Source: a virus
Lineage: Duplodnaviria; Caudoviricetes
Strand: one strand, 5' to 3'
Length of the DNA: 36,055 nt
IMG/VR virus record: IMGVR_UViG_3300020045_015080
Span: 1 to 36,055 of that record
Made by a program: the position numbers and the translations under genes. Below are positions 33,372 to 36,055 of this stretch, piece after piece. The notes beneath the pieces are model-generated. The model was not told the origin of the DNA. It searched no databases and saw only the letters and a list, made by a program, of their open reading frames with translations. Each line of letters begins with the position of its first letter. The stretch's first letter is position 1.

Positions 33372-36055
33372 GTTGTTCCATCAAAAACATATAGCTTATG
33401 CAGCGTTAAGTCATACACTGACAATCCTTCCGCAGGGCTGGGAATAGCTGTACGTTGAGTTGTTGTCATAGATGGGAACGGCCTTGATCCTTGTGTTGTC
33501 GAGTTAACATCTAAAATAGAAGATGGTACTACAGTTAAATTTGATCCTATATTTACTTCCTTTGTTGGGAATAGCGTCATATTTTGAACCGCTGTACTTC
33601 CTGTTGCAAAAAATAGCTTTTTATCTGCACCAACTGAATATGCCCGTATTACCATGTCACCTTGTGCCGATGCTGTAACGTCTTTTGCAGACCCCGACTG
33701 GCTTAATGTAAGCATCTCATTTGTACTATTATTCCCGACATTGAACCGTAATAATGTAGATGTTGAATTGCCGAAAAAATTATACTGCGTTCCTGCTGAT
33801 GCCGAGGATGTATAGGTTAATGCTCCTGTCAAAGTTCCTGTTGTAGTGCCAGTGTTTGTCAACGTCCACCCAACTGCGGTAACAGTATGCGCCCCAGATG
33901 AAGATAGTAAGTACCGTGTTGCAGAATTACTTTGTATTGCAAGTGAATTAGCCCCAACAGATCCAATAAATTGCCCTGATGCGCCCTGCGAAAGCAAACG
34001 TAAATAGTTGCCTGTTGTGTTTGTGCTAACCTGGAAAATTGAATTAGCAGTACTACCATTAAAAGTTATAAAATTAGTTCCCTGTTGTGCTTTAAAATTA
34101 CCTGTAATTGAGCCATCTCCATCTGCATATTCTGTTGTCCCTACCCCTAATTTATTGTAAATAGTTGCTGACCTTTTTACAATTAAACTACCGTTTATTT
34201 TTGCACTTCCCAACGCCATATTAATAGCGTCTGCAATGGCTAAATGTCCGGCATTGTTAGGGTGAATAGAATCAGAACTTATCAGTGATCTTCCACCAGA
34301 GTTCATCATGTATTTAAACACATCAATTAAAATAACACCCTTGCTTTTAGCTACTGCAATAGTAGCATCTGAATATAATTTCATTGAATCATAATTCTTT
34401 CCGGCTACGGTTGACCAACTGACTGATGGAGTAAGCACGACTATTTTTTTTGCTGGATAATTTCGATTTAATAGAAGCGTATCAATCGCATTTGAAAGCG
34501 AAGTGATGTAAATGCCAATCCCTGAAGTTAAATTGCAATCATTTACAGCGTAGGTACCGATAATAAAATATCTCATAGTAGACCTATAACTTGGGATTGA
34601 TGAGAGACGGTCTATAAATGAATTATCCCCATTAGTCAATTTAACCATGCGAGTGCTACTAATTCCATTATTCGATTCAAAAGTGGATAATTTATTTGAT
34701 GCGGATAGCAATGTTGTATATTTAAATGGGGCCGAGGTTGCACCTGTTCCAACTTCTATACTTGTACCATAATAAAATACGGAATCGGTTTGTGCTGTTA
34801 TGCTATCTCCAATATTTACCGAGTTGCTATAATTTACATTTGAAATACTGCTATCCCTTGACAATATTTTCTGTGTTGAAATTAACTGATGCGTTGTATT
34901 ACTATCAATTGCCATCGCTGCATCTAATCCTGATGCACCGCCGCTTGCTGCATTAATAGTTTGATTTGGCCACGTTCCTGTTATGGAAGTGATGTTTGTA
35001 CCTGCAACTAAGCCCGGCGTACCTGTTCCTGTACCGCCGTTTAAAACCGGCAAAGGATCGGTTAAATAACTGATGGTACCGGCTGTAGACTTTACGATTC
35101 CAGTTCCAGATAATGCTGCCTGCTTTGTTGCAATAGCCGATGTATTCGCTCCTATCCTTATATTGTGTGCGGCTAATGTATCGGAATGATCGTTTATTTT
35201 ATCGGCATAATTTGCAACCAATGCAGCCGTATCGCTGATATTTAATTTGCCTGCTATTGAATCCGATACAATCTCCCTAATAAGGGAAGTGTCTGTAGGA
35301 CCTGAACCACTGCCAACACAATAAGGATTTAATCCAATGGTATACTGTCGTGGTCCGATGCTATCAATTACAATACAGGTATCCCGGGGAGTTAGATTCA
35401 CCATTAAAGTAGGCAATGTAAAAACTCTTACCCCGGTGTATTTATTATAAAATTCGTAAAGCGATGTATCTGAATTAATTTTTGCACTGTCTGAAAATGC
35501 TCCGATCACATTTCCGGTCATTCCGTTGAAAGAGGTAACGCCTGAACTGATTGTAATACCCCCGCTTTGAAGCTGAACATTATCAATCTGAAAAGCACTA
35601 CCTGATCCACTTGTTACAAAATATAGTTCATTGAAGTTTACGTCATCATAAATGAATTCATTCATCGGTATTGCTACCAGTTGCCAGGTGTTTAACAGAT
35701 TGGCATTAAAGCCATAACTGCCGTTTGATATTGCTAAATAATTGGTTCTCTTTGTGCCGCTCTCATTGAATTTTACACTGATGTATTTACCGGAGAAACT
35801 GGCGCCTAATCTGATGTAAAATTTCACATAGCTGTAATTATCCAGGTCGTGCAAAACTCCGTCTGTAAACTTAAAATATTGACCGTTAGTAAACCCTGGG
35901 AAGTAAGCGGATTTTAACCCGGAAAATGGGTTAATGGTATAATCAAAATCTGCCCCTGAAATATTTGTCATAGGCGTCCATTCTGTGTTCTCCCGGTAGA
36001 TTGTATTGCTGCCCAGCTGGTAAGGGCTTGTGCTGCCTGATTTAATCTCATACAC
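33353..36055 (-). CDS. tail fibre/spike-like protein with CBM-like and SGNH hydrolase domains, N-terminus outside the window
   Basis: NTWQLVAIP..FQIDNVQL; VTSFNGMTG; YGTSI, GISST, AVND, DSIHPNNAGH; C-terminal MTTTQRTAIPSPAEGLSVYD..FDGTTW. Confidence 0.75.
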   Translation of the reverse strand: MYEIKSGSTSPYQLGSNTIYRENTEWTPMTNISGADFDYTINPFSGLKSAYFPGFTNGQYFKFTDGVLHDLDNYSYVKFYIRLGASFSGKYISVKFNESGTKRTNYLAISNGSYGFNANLLNTWQLVAIPMNEFIYDDVNFNELYFVTSGSGSAFQIDNVQLQSGGITISSGVTSFNGMTGNVIGAFSDSAKINSDTSLYEFYNKYTGVRVFTLPTLMVNLTPRDTCIVIDSIGPRQYTIGLNPYCVGSGSGPTDTSLIREIVSDSIAGKLNISDTAALVANYADKINDHSDTLAAHNIRIGANTSAIATKQAALSGTGIVKSTAGTISYLTDPLPVLNGGTGTGTPGLVAGTNITSITGTWPNQTINAASGGASGLDAAMAIDSNTTHQLISTQKILSRDSSISNVNYSNSVNIGDSITAQTDSVFYYGTSIEVGTGATSAPFKYTTLLSASNKLSTFESNNGISSTRMVKLTNGDNSFIDRLSSIPSYRSTMRYFIIGTYAVNDCNLTSGIGIYITSLSNAIDTLLLNRNYPAKKIVVLTPSVSWSTVAGKNYDSMKLYSDATIAVAKSKGVILIDVFKYMMNSGGRSLISSDSIHPNNAGHLAIADAINMALGSAKINGSLIVKRSATIYNKLGVGTTEYADGDGSITGNFKAQQGTNFITFNGSTANSIFQVSTNTTGNYLRLLSQGASGQFIGSVGANSLAIQSNSATRYLLSSSGAHTVTAVGWTLTNTGTTTGTLTGALTYTSSASAGTQYNFFGNSTSTLLRFNVGNNSTNEMLTLSQSGSAKDVTASAQGDMVIRAYSVGADKKLFFATGSTAVQNMTLFPTKEVNIGSNLTVVPSSILDVNSTTQGSRPFPSMTTTQRTAIPSPAEGLSVYDLTLHKLYVFDGTTWQAAW

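Noticed and set aside
29501-36055. Diversity-generating retroelement or invertible tail-fibre switch
   Set aside because: No reverse transcriptase, invertase or template/variable repeat pair is visible in this window

Overview
About 36 kb of a temperate tailed phage that probably infects Bacteroidota. The host is inferred from the integrase type, A-rich leaders without Shine-Dalgarno motifs, and signal peptides ending A-Q. Left to right: (1) a divergent early region of small ORFs with RadC/JAB, a C5 DNA methylase and a PAPS-reductase-family gene; (2) a long minus-strand operon with GroES/GroEL, a PD-(D/E)XK nuclease, a replication initiator with iterons and a likely loader, an SNF2/HARP helicase interrupted by a class-3-type intein, MazG-like, NinB-like, RecE-like and RecT genes, and an aberrant tRNA; (3) a cro/repressor switch, an apparently intact attP and an integrase; (4) a lysis module and tail/surface proteins. 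The most striking feature is at 10669-13157: four integron-like gene cassettes separated by four attC-like hairpins. The two ends of each cassette are mutually complementary, the genes are inverted relative to attC, and a 15-bp direct repeat bounds the array. One cassette carries an inverted copy of its own circle junction, and no IntI is visible in the window. A second oddity is a tRNA with a full alanine acceptor identity (G3:U70, A73) but a GUU (Asn) anticodon and A33. All family calls come from motif recognition by eye, not from database searches.
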